Shown one piece after another: positions 12,451 to 30,433 of a stretch of 64,000 bases of DNA. Position 1 is the first letter of the stretch. Each line of letters starts with the position of its first letter. A model generated the notes under the pieces. The model was not told where the DNA came from. It was given only the letters and a program-made list of their open reading frames with translations, and made no database searches. The stretch is from Cycas panzhihuaensis (Eukaryota > Plantae > Cycadophyta). Position numbers and translations under genes: made by a program. The DNA lies in NCBI GenBank assembly GCA_023213395.1, contig CM041465.1, positions 243,605,741 through 243,669,740 on the forward strand, read 5' to 3'.

Positions 12451-15400
12451 AGTCGGATCTTCCCAGGGATCTTTTGGTTCTGGTTGAGAAGGACTTGATG
12501 ATGCAGTAGCTAGCCGTGGGGCTTGTCCCGGCACCTTGCTTTCTGGCCTAGTCCGTGGGGCTGTCACGGACTCATACTTATCTGTCACGCCATATTTTTT
12601 GATGTATTAGGTTGTGGGATCCTCCTTCAAACCCACTAAAATTCATTTTATCTAATCAAAAAAAAAAAAAAGGATAAGAGTAAGGATGCATAAATTAATA
12701 AAGATGTCATGGATCATCAATTATAGGAGGAGGTAATAGTAATAGTAACACTAGGACCCTTGAGATCATTATTAGAAAGGAAGACAACTGAAGTGTTTAG
12801 AGTGATTGTATACTTATCAAATGATCAAATAATTATAAGTTAGTATAGCAGTCATACTCTTATGGTTAACACCATTCACTCTCACAATCTAGATTCTTAT
12901 ATTGAGGTAGTGAAAAATCCTCAATGGCAGGTTACAATAGAGGAGGAATATAGTTCTATAATTAAGAATATAACTTAGAGTTTAGTTCTATTACCTCTAA
13001 GGAAAACTTAGTTGGATATAAGTGGATCTATAAAATGAAGTTTTAAGCCAATGGTAATGTAGAAAAGTTTAAGGCAAAAATCGTTACCTAGGGTTTTAAA
13101 TAAAAAGAAGGGATAAACTACAATGAGACATTTACATCTATTTTAAAGATGACTACAATCAAATTAATCCTTTTAATTACAACTAAGTTTAGGTAGGAGA
13201 CACATTAGATGGATGTGTAGTCTACATTCCTTAATAGAGTTTTGAAGAAAATTTACATTATATAACCTCTTAATTTCATTGAATAAGGACATAATAAATT
13301 CATGTATTATTTAAGGAAATATTTATATGGCCTAAATCTTTGTGAGCATGGTTTATAAAAATTGATGTGACCTTGAAGGAGGAAGGATTTATTATGATGG
13401 ATTTAGAGTTGACTTTACATGTTAATAAAATTATTATACTAATTGTGGTTATTATTCTATACATTGATGATTTGATCATTACAAGTAATCATCATAAGGA
13501 GATTAAGGTATTAAAAATATACCTAAAAAAGAATTTTGGCATGACTAATATATGGATATTCCATTATTTTTTAAGTATTAAGATAAGGCAACTAGAAGAT
13601 AAGATTTTAGTATCATAGAGGAAGTATACGAAATTATTATTTGAGATGTCTAAGATAATGGATTACAAGCCCATGTGAATACTATATGTTAAAAGAACAA
13701 AACTTATGAAATATATAGAGAAGTTTGTAATTGATGGAACACTATACAAAAGTTTAATAGGGATTTTAATCTACTTAACTTATAGTAGGCTTGATATTAC
13801 CTATGATATTGGGTTAGAGTCTCAATATATCTAGAATCCTCAAGAGCTACATTGGGTTATAGTAAAATGGATTATGAAATATTTAAAGGGATCTATGAAT
13901 CTTAGTTTAGAGTATCTAAGAGATGGTGATATAAGATTGTAAGGTTACATTGATGCTACTTGGAGTGGAAACTCAAATGACAAAAAAATTATTGTAAGAT
14001 ATGTGTTTAGCATTAGTGGTGGACTAATTTCTTAGTAATTAAAGAAATAATAAACTATTGTATTATCTTCTACTAAGGCAAAGTACTAAGGACTCTCGAT
14101 AGGGTATTGTGAAGTGGTTTGGTTGAAAGGAATGTTAGATGTTCTTAATATTTGAAGTTTCATAATGACTATCTTTGTTAATAATTAAAATATTATTTGA
14201 TTATTGAAGAATCTTAAGTTTCATCCTCAAACCAAACATATTAAGATACAACACCATTATATTTAGAAGATGGTCAAAGTAGGGAAGTTGAATGTGGAAT
14301 ATTATTTAAGTGACGAATAACTGGTAAATACTTTTATAAAATTATTTATTAAAAATTATTTCAAAAGAATTTATATTAGATTAGACCTATGTAATATTAT
14401 CCCTTTAGGGAGGATAAATCTAAAAGGCCATCTCTCATTCTCCTTGAAGGTTATTAGTTTATGAAACCAAGTTGATCTATAACTATATGTTAAGCCTTAA
14501 ATCCCACATTCAAATTAAGAGGGAGTGTTAGTAAACATAGTTAAGAAATAATGTGTGGTAGTTGTTAATACTTCATATGTTGGTAAGTGGAGTCATGGAG
14601 TAAAAACGTGTCATTTAAGAGATGTAACCTTTCAAAAGGGTATTGAACCTATTGAAAGAGTTATAGGTCTTGGTTAGACATAACCTTTATAATCATATAA
14701 AAGGGATTATAGGTAAGGTTGGTAAATCATTCAATTAGGTTTCAAAAGAATTCAATGATATAACATCAATATTTCTAATAAATCATCAATATTTTAAGTG
14801 TGTTTTTTTTTTAAGTGTTTGCCACATAAACTAGTGTCTTATATGCATATGTTCTCTTGTTTGATGTGTTATTTTATGCTATGCAAATGATAGAAAGATT
14901 TGGTAATAATTCACATGGCATTAAGGCAAGTATGAGAATGTTCAAAATCTCACTAGCCAAATACCATTAAAGTTGTCAACATATTAATAAATATGAGAGT
15001 TCTTTTTATTTCTTTCTTATGTTTTCCTTTTCTTTAGTTCTTCTTTTTCATGTTATAAAAGTCTATGAATTAATGAATGACTATGTATAACTCAAGAAAA
15101 TATAGTTCGCCATTAAATTTAGTCTAGTGTAAGGGACTCAAGATATGAGAGTTACCTTTGAGTGTGAGTGAGGAGAAATCAATCACTTCAAAGATATCTA
15201 CCTAACAATATAAACATTTAATAAAATGTAAAGCCCAACATGACTAATGTGTTATTTTATTTAACTAAATAATAAAAAATTAAGGAGTCCCATTCAAATG
15301 TTAATTTCTAATTTTGGCTAATGGTATTAATATACATGTGAATAAGAGTGAGAATAAGACTCAGTAGTTTAAACAGTCTTATACTATAGGAATTATAAGA

Positions 15401-17360
15401 TGTCACATTGGTATATATATTGAGAGTGAAGAATGTCAAACCAATGCATGAAGGTATATATGTTTAGTGTAAGTTCATGGTAGAACATGTGACTTATCAT
15501 AGTTTATGCTCTTTAGTAGTTAAGAGTTTGGAATTATAGTTTGTTCTCATTATAGAGATAGTCATGTATGAAATTTTTAAATAATTAACCTTCTTTTTAT
15601 GCTTAAAAGGGGAAGATCTTCTTTAGAAAAAACTCCTTGTTTACACTTAAATAAAGGATTCACTTCTTGGGAAAAATAAATGGGAGAATAGGATTAATTA
15701 TCCATATTCTTTTATCTATAAAGGGAATATCTTCTTTAGAAGGAACAACTAGCTCATTATTTTGAAAGGGGTTCTTTTGTTTACAATACTAAGAAAAAAG
15801 TATGAGATTTAGGTGAGTTAGTCTTATAGTTTTGTCTTTCTCATTATTATTGTTATTATTATTATTATTTATTATAGTTTTATATTTTCCATTATTGTTT
15901 ACTGTTGTTGTCTTCTTCTATTGTTATTATTATTAACATGATTAAATACAATATTAAAACTTCATCTTATATAAACTCTAACACTCATAATTAGAATATC
16001 TCTTCATTCTATATATAGAGCACCACTATCTAATATAACCTTAAGGCAAAGAGATGTGTACTTCTACAAGATCAATAATTCTAAGAGATTCCTCTTCATG
16101 TGAATTATTTCTAGAATTAGTTTTATAAACACCTAACTTATGTTCTAAGATTTGAAGGGATGAAGTAAAAGGATATAACAATTTATCTTATGTGATTGGT
16201 TTGGGCTCCTTAGAAGTTTTGGGCTTATCTTATTTGTAACTTAAAGTCTTTAAAAGAAGTTTAATGGAAGCGTAGACTTGAAAACTATAAAATTGGGTTA
16301 GTATTATAAAATTAGGTTAATAAAAGAAGAAAAAAAATGAAAGATGCATAACTTCCTCATATATTATTCGTTTTCAAGTCATGGCCACTCAATTCATATC
16401 CATTCAAAGAGATCTACATAATAGGATAGGTAGAACTAATAATTACATTAAAAATGAAGGCCAAAAATACAAAGGGAAAATTATAAATAAGATACAACAA
16501 AGAGAATGTGTAAAACAACTAGAGAAAGTAGCAATTATCATACAACTTAACTTATAATCTTATACCTTTATAAAGTAAAAGTGTTGTAAAGAATAGATTC
16601 CTTTTCCATCATCAATGAGAAAGAGATGTAATGTCCATAAACAAATCAAATAAATACTAAATCAAATATAGCATCTAGTAAATCTTAAGTAATAAATACA
16701 TATCTAATGTATGAGGAAAGAAATTATAGTTAATATTCATAGATTTTGGGTAGGGTGTCCAAAATTAAACAAATAAACATTAAGTTCAATCAATAGCAGA
16801 ACTAAACATTTATATGCTAAACTTATCAATGTGATATATTTGTACAAGTTATAGAAATAAATAATCACTTAATAATAAGAAGCATCCAAATAAGCATTGC
16901 ACTAGATATTTCACTACTAATCCTTTATTTATTAATTTCTTCACATTTACTAATGTGATTTATCTCAATAATCACATTAGAGATATGATTAATGCTTGCA
17001 AATAGCCTTAAATTAATAATTTGATATTTAAGATTATATAGATACATATCTATAAAAATTATCAATATATCTTTGTCATGAAAAGAACTAACTATAAATA
17101 CTAACTTTATATAGATCTAAATTGGTTATGAAATTATCTTCATATTTACCAATTAACTTAAACTAACTCATGTAAACATTAATCTCTATTGACTATTGAC
17201 GTAGTCAATAAATATGACTAGTCTAAATGATTAATGTTAGCCATATTAACATTGATAACTAATACCTCATAATGATAAGTATTATAAAGACAAATAGTTT
17301 ACTCTTTTATCAACCTTCTGTATAAGTCAATTCTACATTTGAGAGGACATGATATTAAAG

Positions 17361-19776
<2,416 letters not shown>

Positions 19777-19779
19777 AAG

Positions 19780-22851
<3,072 letters not shown>

Positions 22852-23659
22852 AGGTGGAATACCAAGGAGCTTGATAATTTAGCTATTATTAATTAATGAC
22901 TAATCTATGTTGCTAACCTAGGAAGGAATCAGGCTAAGGTTAAAAAAGTAGCAACCTCACTTATGAGAGGAAATAGAAGAACCAAAATCCAAAAAAAGGA
23001 AACTAAGGTTTATCATTAAGTATTGAACATTATCTTATTTTATAATGGGGTTTAGGAAAGCATTAAGGATATGATGACCCTAGATGAATTCATATTATTC
23101 AGAACAAATTATACTATCAAGAAAAAAGTATGTTTAAAAGGCTAAGGCTTTTAGCAAAAATTTAAAGTAATTAAACATTAGTATCCTATAAAGATGAGGT
23201 TCTTTCTTACTTTAAGGATAAGTTTAGTAATACTAGTGTTAGTCTAATTTTTAAGCCTATACAAATCCACTATCTCCTAAGTGTTATAACATTATATTTC
23301 ATAAAAGTTGATGTAATGTTTACTTAGTGCATGAATCATGATTAGTTGATGTATTAGGTTCTCATATATTATTTAAGTGGTTGATGCATTATTATGATTT
23401 CATTATTTAATGGAATTATTATATCCTATTAGATATGCATGAAGTGATAAATCTATAAATATATATATGCATTAAAAGCATATTTGAGATAAAACAATGA
23501 GAGAGATCTAAGCCCCATCCTTCTCCCATGGTTTGCATATATTATTTAATATACTTAATGTTTATCTTAAACACCTCATGATTTATATTTTATTTATTAT
23601 TTATATAAGTTACTTATTGATGAATGTTTCACATAATCATTCCTACTTGGTTATATAAG

Positions 23660-26230
23660 TCATTATTAAAACTTGAACATCATATCAAAGCTTGTGCAAG
23701 AATTTTAACACCAAGTACATGTTAAGGAGAAGTCATGGCTAATAGTATTTGAAAAGATCTTGTAAATTTCCATAATAAGTCCATCCTTCCCTAGAGATTT
23801 CTCTTTAACTATGAACCACAAGGCTCCTTTAAGCTCATCTTTAGTCATAGGCTTGTTAAATTAAGCCTAATATGTATGTTGATTTTAGAGGGAATAACAC
23901 TCATGTATTTTATTAATACATCAGTTATCTCAAGAGTCATAGGGGTGGAGGTGAAGGTTTTAGCATAATTCTTGATAAACATGCCATCCATAACATAAGA
24001 GTCATTAAACAAAGAGATATCTTCAATTTATAAAATATAAATATGTGAATCTTACTATCTTATTTTAAGGGTATACATGAGTCTTTTAGAGGATGCCTTT
24101 CCTTCCTTAAGCTAATAAATACATGCAAAAGCTTGAGCTCCTTGAGATTTAATAGATTCGTATGTGAGCAATTCAATATGTGAATAAGAGACTTATGCTC
24201 ATGTATGTTAGGGGTAAATAAAATAAGATTAAATTATGTAAGAATATCTTGAAGGGCCATGTTTAGTCAAATCTCTTATCTCCTATAAACACAAATAAGT
24301 GGGCTACAATATCCTCTTAACCAAAAGATAAAGCTAAATGGTTTTTTTCAATAATAATATCATCCCTTCTTAATAAAGGGGATTAGGTACCAGGTCCTAT
24401 ATTTTCTTAACACCTTCATGACAATGAGAATATGATAAAAGGAAACCTTTTGAATTTCAAATGAGAGTCCCATAATGAAGGATATAAAAAATGGTTTGAA
24501 AGAAAGGCCAAAAGTGAATTCTAACATCCCAAGGATAGGGAACAATAGAATCGTCATAAAGAAGTAATAATTATCCAACCTAGAACATGTTCTAGCACTC
24601 TTATCATACTTATTAGATAGAGAAAATCATAGGGCATTAGAAAAACCAAGCGAGGTTTAGAGAGATTAAAGTGTTCCTTAAAGCCTAACTAAGATTAGAA
24701 CTCATACATATTCTTTGAGATATATAGGTCTCCAGCCTTATTAGTTGAGGACTCGAGCATATTAAAATCATCAATAACCACCTACTTCACTTTTAGGAAA
24801 AAATGTTTAAAACCAATTCCATACAATAGTCATAACAAATGGTCTAATAGAGGTATATATGCTTAAAATACTAACCAAAAGATTTTGTAAATAAGAAGTA
24901 ACCTAAGCTGCCTAAAAAGTGGGATTAGATCTAACATAGACAAGGAGGTCCTTAATCCATGAGGCCAAATAGATGATAATACCATCTACTCTAGGATAAT
25001 GACTTGAGGATAGAGTATTCCTTGAAACCTAGATAGATATGATGATAAATTATAACTTACTACTTGCAATTTTACATTCTTAGAAAGCCAAAAAAATAAG
25101 TATAGTAACCTCAACGAGTATATAGTTGACATCTAGTGGTCTTCTTCCATCATGTTAGTAATTTTAAAGTGATTTAACGTAGCAAAGTGGTTGTAAGGAT
25201 CTTCGACAAAAGAGTCAACAAGTGCTTAATTCCTTAATAGACTTCTTTACTAGTGTGATTGTCCTACATGTTAGGATCAATCTCTCTTGGAGACTAGATT
25301 CTCAAATAAGTTGGACTTTGAGTAGTGGGAGTATAGGGTTCTTTCCTTGATTGGAAGAAAACTATTTAGCCCTAATCTAGGTCCTCAAGGGTAAGGGTGG
25401 TCTCTTAAATGATGTTAGAGGAAGCATTTGCTAATTTAAGATTAGAAGAAAAAGAATATGTGCATAAAACCTTATCTTTATTAGAAGCAACCCCTTATTT
25501 ACTTTAGAATTAAGGATCAATAAAAAGAAGAGGATACGATTTAGCAAAATGGTCCATGTTTCATCACTTAGAACAAGTGTTTGGTATGTTGAGATACTGG
25601 ACATTTTGAAGCAAAAATTTTCCCCATAAACAAATGGTAATATTCAATAAGAGGTTTACTAAGATTTACTTCCACATAAACATGAGGATTTAACTGGCCC
25701 CTAAATTAGTAATTCAAAGGCTTAAACTAGAGTTAACCCATAGAAGCAACAAAGCTATTAAGGAAATGTAAAAGTTATAAAGGAAGATTTAGAAATTTAA
25801 TTAAAATCAAGCATTCAAAGATAACTACCTCCTAACTTAATAAAAAAAAAAAGGCTGAGAACTTACAATAAGTAAATTGACACAATGGAAGAATATAAAA
25901 TAAAATAAAACTATGCTTAGAATCCAACCAATTTTTATTCTTTAGATGTTAGATTTTGGTAGTTATTAAGATATTTTCTGATAGGCTTATTGGTGAGGTT
26001 TAATTGTATTATTCTAGGTCTAGAATTATCTCCTATAAGTCAGGTTTTGGCGTATAATTGACAATTAATCCCTTCAACTTTTGAATCTAAGATAATCAAT
26101 TTAGCTTTTCCACCTACCACTATGACAATTAATTTTTCCAAGATTTGATGTAAGATATGGTTTAAAAGTGCATTTGACATTTGTACAACCTCATGAACTA
26201 CCTAAGTGATAGATTTTACTATATCTTTTT
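23660..26230 (-). mobile_element. Old degraded LINE (L1/Tx1-like): ORF1 zinc knuckle, endonuclease and start of RT; 3' part missing
   Basis: Minus-strand remnants: CSK**NMDHFAKSYP (25531-25575), ILSIYTS, VVIDDFNM (GDFN-like), SNKY..CSRLDNYYF, and KPMTKDELKGALW..KSLGKDGL..EIYK (KSPGPDG-like). Outer boundaries are approximate. Confidence 0.75.
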
Positions 26231-28259
26231 AGATTAAATTTCTAGTCATTTTATCAATGTTCATTATGTATATAATAGTGTATGTACAAGTCCACAGGTT
26301 GCCTTTTGTCACTATGAATTACTATATTTCATAGCCTTCTTACTTGAGTCTATTATGTTATCCAAGAGACACTCAATATTGGTAGATCATTAAGTATTGG
26401 TCTACATTTGTTGATTATTTTTATAGGTGTGGTTTGTGGGTGTGTTATTAATGCTCTATTAACTTATCATTTATCCATGCCTAAGAGACTACAAGCATCT
26501 TAATGATACAATAACTAAATCTCAACATTACAATTGTCTTAATGGTTATAGTTACTACAATATTATGCCATCACAAGGTATAATCTCATAGGATAACTAA
26601 AATGTATATAATATATAAATAAAATAAAATGATAATATATAATATATAGTATTGTGTTGTACTATAGTGGCAATATATAATATAATTTACTATAATATAT
26701 ATTATGGTATATAATATATAATATATATTATGCCATAACCACACTAAATGGCGTATATGTAATATATCTTATGTTAATAAAGTGACATTATATAATATAT
26801 AATGAAAGCTATATATTAATAAAGCAAAGTGCTGATAAATGAACAATATGTGGTGTCTATCAATCAAACCATGGCAATTATTAATCAATATGTGGCAGTG
26901 TAGGCCAAATGGATAATGAAATGAGTAGGTAGAGATACAGCAATAGGTTTGATACAACATTGGCTATTAATATGGAGGCAATTGCATATATGTATTTAAC
27001 TTATGTTATCACCCTTTTGTTTTGTAGGTATTATCAATGAATTATATTTTTATAATCAATCAACAACCAACTTTATGTGAAAGCTAATGAAATGTATATT
27101 GTATATTTGACTTGTTAGTCAAATAGTGGAGGCTTGCCTATATATGTTACTCGTTCATCTTATGTGATTGTGGACTTAGTTGTGGTTAATGATGTATAGT
27201 GGTGGAATATATATGACAAAAGTAGTTGGTGTTGGGCGGCACTGGGTGCTTTCCTTGACAATTATGACAGATTATGGGTTGCATAATAGCAATACGTTTG
27301 GAACTATTGTGCCCAAAATGTTAATTAACAATTGTAGGTAATTGCACGATGGCAATGGTGATATGCCTAATGGCAAGTGGAACTAAAACTTCTCTAGTAA
27401 ACCTTTCTCTGGATGGTAATGAGTACCATGCAATGGTAATTTATGTGGTTTTTGTATAGTAGTTGGTACTCTACCCTTTGTGGAAACAATTACTCAATGA
27501 ACCCCACAAGATTGACTATGATGATTATCAAATACCACAACCAATGTGTGGATATCACATCTCATCCAAATTATGCTCTTGTAAATGACTATTGTATACT
27601 GTAGTTGAAATAAATTCCTGCAAGATAAGAAGGATGTTATGATACCACTTGTTATGAACCTTCTTTGTAACTTAAGGAAACTATTAAATCTATTGAGTAT
27701 ATAAGAGTGCTTGAGAGATTAATAGTCAAAAGACTAATATGTATTGATTGATAGAAAATAAGTAATGATGAGTGAATGTTTACAATTAGTGCACATTAAG
27801 TAATATCTTTTAGTAAAAGGTTGCAACCATTCATAATGGTTAATTAATTAATTAGGATCATAATAGACTTTATTATGAAGAAGAGAATCAGATCTATGTT
27901 GTCCATAGTCACCCCCATGGAAGGTTAAGTAGTACATTTGATCAAAAAATCTACCACTGGATGAGTTGGCAAAAAGAGCAAACAACTAGTTTACATGTCC
28001 AAAGAAGGAGGAGATTGCTGATGCATATCCACTCCCTTGACCCCCTGAACACAAGAGCTAGGTGAAAAAGATACGACCTGTTGAAATAGTAGAAAACTAG
28101 CAAGTCTCACATGAATACAAAGAGATTTGAAATGATGGTAGAGCAAACTTCCTAAAAGACTATGTATCAAGGTTGCATCCATGAAATATTACAATACATA
28201 CGAAAATCTGCAATGAAGAACATCCCTACAACAAAAGAAACAATGAGGTTCCGAGATGT

Positions 28260-28733
28260 TCACGAGAAAGCACTACTGAGCTCCATCAACTCAGTAAGAC
28301 AAAGAGTCTGCCTGGAGGCTGCAGGATCGCCATGGTCGTCAAAGAGTCCCAGAATGTAATCGAAAAGCGCAACATCGCAGGGAATCTTCAAACCCCCATG
28401 CTGCCGAAACCCGTACTCCTGAGCCGACCATTGCAGAAGCTCAACAAATACCTTATGGTTCAGGAATCCAGCACTTATCACATACCTTTTCAGACTCTTT
28501 CCCACGTACACAGGCACGCAACCCTCTGGAACATCCCTGCACCACCACGACGAACATGATCTCTTCTTCACAGAGCAGTGCCTTCTCCTTCTGCTACACT
28601 CATGGCGATGCAGCAAATGGTATAAGTTCTCTAATTTCCGAGAGGATAACCACCTGCAGAAGACCAAGGGGCCCATAATCTTACCCACAGCGTATCTCAA
28701 AATGCTACCAACTTCATGAATTTTGGACTTCAT
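28260..28733 (-). CDS. SAUR: Auxin-responsive SAUR family protein, intronless, 157 aa from the first ATG
   Basis: Intact ORF containing DVPEGCVPVYVG..KRYVISAGFLNHKVFVELLQWSAQEYGFRQHGGLKIPCDVALFDYIL, the hallmark Auxin_inducible domain. The ORF-track start at 28763 is a GTG; the first ATG is at 28733. CpGs are retained. Confidence 0.93.
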   Translation of the reverse strand: MKSKIHEVGSILRYAVGKIMGPLVFCRWLSSRKLENLYHLLHRHECSRRRRHCSVKKRSCSSWWCRDVPEGCVPVYVGKSLKRYVISAGFLNHKVFVELLQWSAQEYGFRQHGGLKIPCDVALFDYILGLFDDHGDPAASRQTLCLTELMELSSAFS

Positions 28734-29631
28734 CTCAACGTTCTGCCTTTTCTCGCAGGCCACTCCCTCGGATCAGTCCTCCTACTCGATTAATAAAAGG
28801 GCAAATTGGGCTAATAAAGTAAGGGATGAATTTCAGTGTGATTAGGACCGGATTAGCACGGAATGTACTATAGATTGGTACGGAATCCACGACAGAGGCG
28901 TTGATTACGGAACGTAGGGATGGATATTGAGGAGTGTAGTCGAAGCATAGGGATGACTCGACGCCATTAACGAAGATTTGATTTTTACAGGCTCAAAACC
29001 AACTGACATGTTCCTTGTGGGTCGCTCCGTACTGGGACCGTCCAACGGTACTTGGCGGTGGGGGCCAATCGCTTCCCTGCAACTTCTTCCTAATCAATTA
29101 ATTGGGCAACCACCATATATAGCTTTCTAATTCCTTTTTTTGTCCGATTGCGCTATATTTTGGTCAAAAAAGAGAGGGGCCACTAAGAGATTGTTAATAT
29201 TTGATGGTGGTTGTATTATTTATTTATTTATTTTTCCATTCCTCCAGCTGTACGCGCATCATGTATTTGTAGTTACTTGTCATGTTAGCAATCCACTTGG
29301 GTGTAATATTTACATTACAATATTTTCAAACATAGAATCTTGTACTCCATTTCTTAATGCAATTCGGACAAGTTTTCTAGCATTCATGTTTCAATATAGG
29401 GATAACTTGTATTTCAAGTTCCTTTGCCTGTTACTATAGGTTTGTTTGTCATCCAATATTCAATGCCATAGGCCACCTCCGAAAGTATCTTCAATAATAA
29501 TTATATACTAATTTTGCTAACTCCTTCTAGTGGATTATGTAATGGAAAAGAAAAATTAAGTATAATACTAAAAAAGAAAAAGAGATCAAATTTTGAAAGG
29601 ACCAAGCCTTCTATAATGATAGATCCGTATT

Positions 29632-29663
29632 GAGACACAATATGTTACATCAAAGTATGTCTC
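29632..29663. promoter_or_regulatory. Pair of canonical AuxREs (GAGACA-N20-TGTCTC) ~0.9 kb upstream of SAUR
   Basis: GAGACA at 29632-29637 and TGTCTC at 29658-29663. Motif match only. Confidence 0.4.
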
Positions 29664-30161
29664 ATCTCTATTTAACCCAAAGCTCAAGAAAGCTTGCTCA
29701 TTGATAGAAAGATTCAAACATAACAAGGTTTTCATGTAATGAATGCAAGATCTTTTAAAAACTAGAATGGTTATCAAGTATATTGGTAAATTAAAAGGCA
29801 TCATCTTAATGGGAGATATATGACTTTGCAATCTAATGCATACAACTACCAATGTAGCTTATGCTTTATGCCAAATCTAAACTAGCAACTGCCTAATTTG
29901 ATGTATAACTAATATTTACCAATAATAACCATTACAATAAACTTTAATAACACCAAGAGTTATTGACAATCAAAGTGTATTAGGCACTAATATTCACTAT
30001 GTGAAAATCACCCATATTTTTATTTCAAACAAAGCATAATTAGATCAAGAGGTATATATTTTTCCAAATCACATGAATTACGAGAATCTTCTTCTTATGA
30101 TTTATTGAGAAAGTTTAAGAATACTTTACCTACTCAAATCAAAGGAAGGTCTTCTACGTAA

Positions 30162-30433
30162 GTAGAATATAAGGGGGTAGCCTACTCCTCCCTCTTCTTT
30201 TTCCATAAAATTTGTTGTACATTCATAGAACTTTTAAAAGAAAGTTTAGCATGTAAAATAAAATTCTCATGATGGCAACATACATTTTCTTAATAAGGTA
30301 GAATATAGGGGGGTAGCCTACTCCTCCCTCTTCTTTTTCCATAAAATTTGTTGTACATTCATAGAACTTTTAAAAGAAAGTTTAGCATGTAAAATAAAAT
30401 TCTCATGATGGCAACATACATTTTCTTAATAAG
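30162..30433. repeat. 136-bp tandem duplication, two near-identical copies
   Basis: Units start at 30162 and 30298. I saw one A/G difference. Confidence 0.92.

Larger units (their letters stand above)
6484..12669 (+). mobile_element. Near full-length plant L1-clade LINE with C-terminal RNase H; disrupted, non-functional copy
   Basis: TSD AAGGATAAGAGTAAGGA at 6467-6483 and 12670-12686. Poly(A) starts at 12658. ~500-bp 5' UTR, then ORF1 and ORF2 domains in canonical order. Visibly more GC- and CpG-rich than its flanks. Confidence 0.95.
5965..14915 (+). mobile_element. 5'-truncated degraded Ty1/copia element split by the L1 insertion: integrase C-half 5965-6466, RT/RNase H 12687-~14400, PPT ~14517-14525, 3' LTR 14526-~14915
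   Basis: EFMVLYSPQQNGI..KNCTMMEMERCM and DHKSQKSIFMGYC precede the LINE. After it come KWIYK-like, DV*STFLN, ILYIDDLII, TKHIKIQHHYI and AAGAGGGAG followed by TGTTAG. Confidence 0.8.

Noticed and set aside
26553-27461. Possible CACTA-type non-autonomous DNA transposon (TACTA..TAGTA ends, scattered TGGCA/GCCA repeats)
   Set aside because: The TIRs are too short and degenerate, and there is no matching 3-bp TSD.
28162-28559. Plus-strand ORFs overlapping SAUR
   Set aside because: Antisense shadows of a GC-richer CDS with no recognisable domain.
28734-28763. 10-aa N-terminal extension of SAUR in the ORF track
   Set aside because: It starts at GTG. The first ATG at 28733 is the more plausible eukaryotic start.
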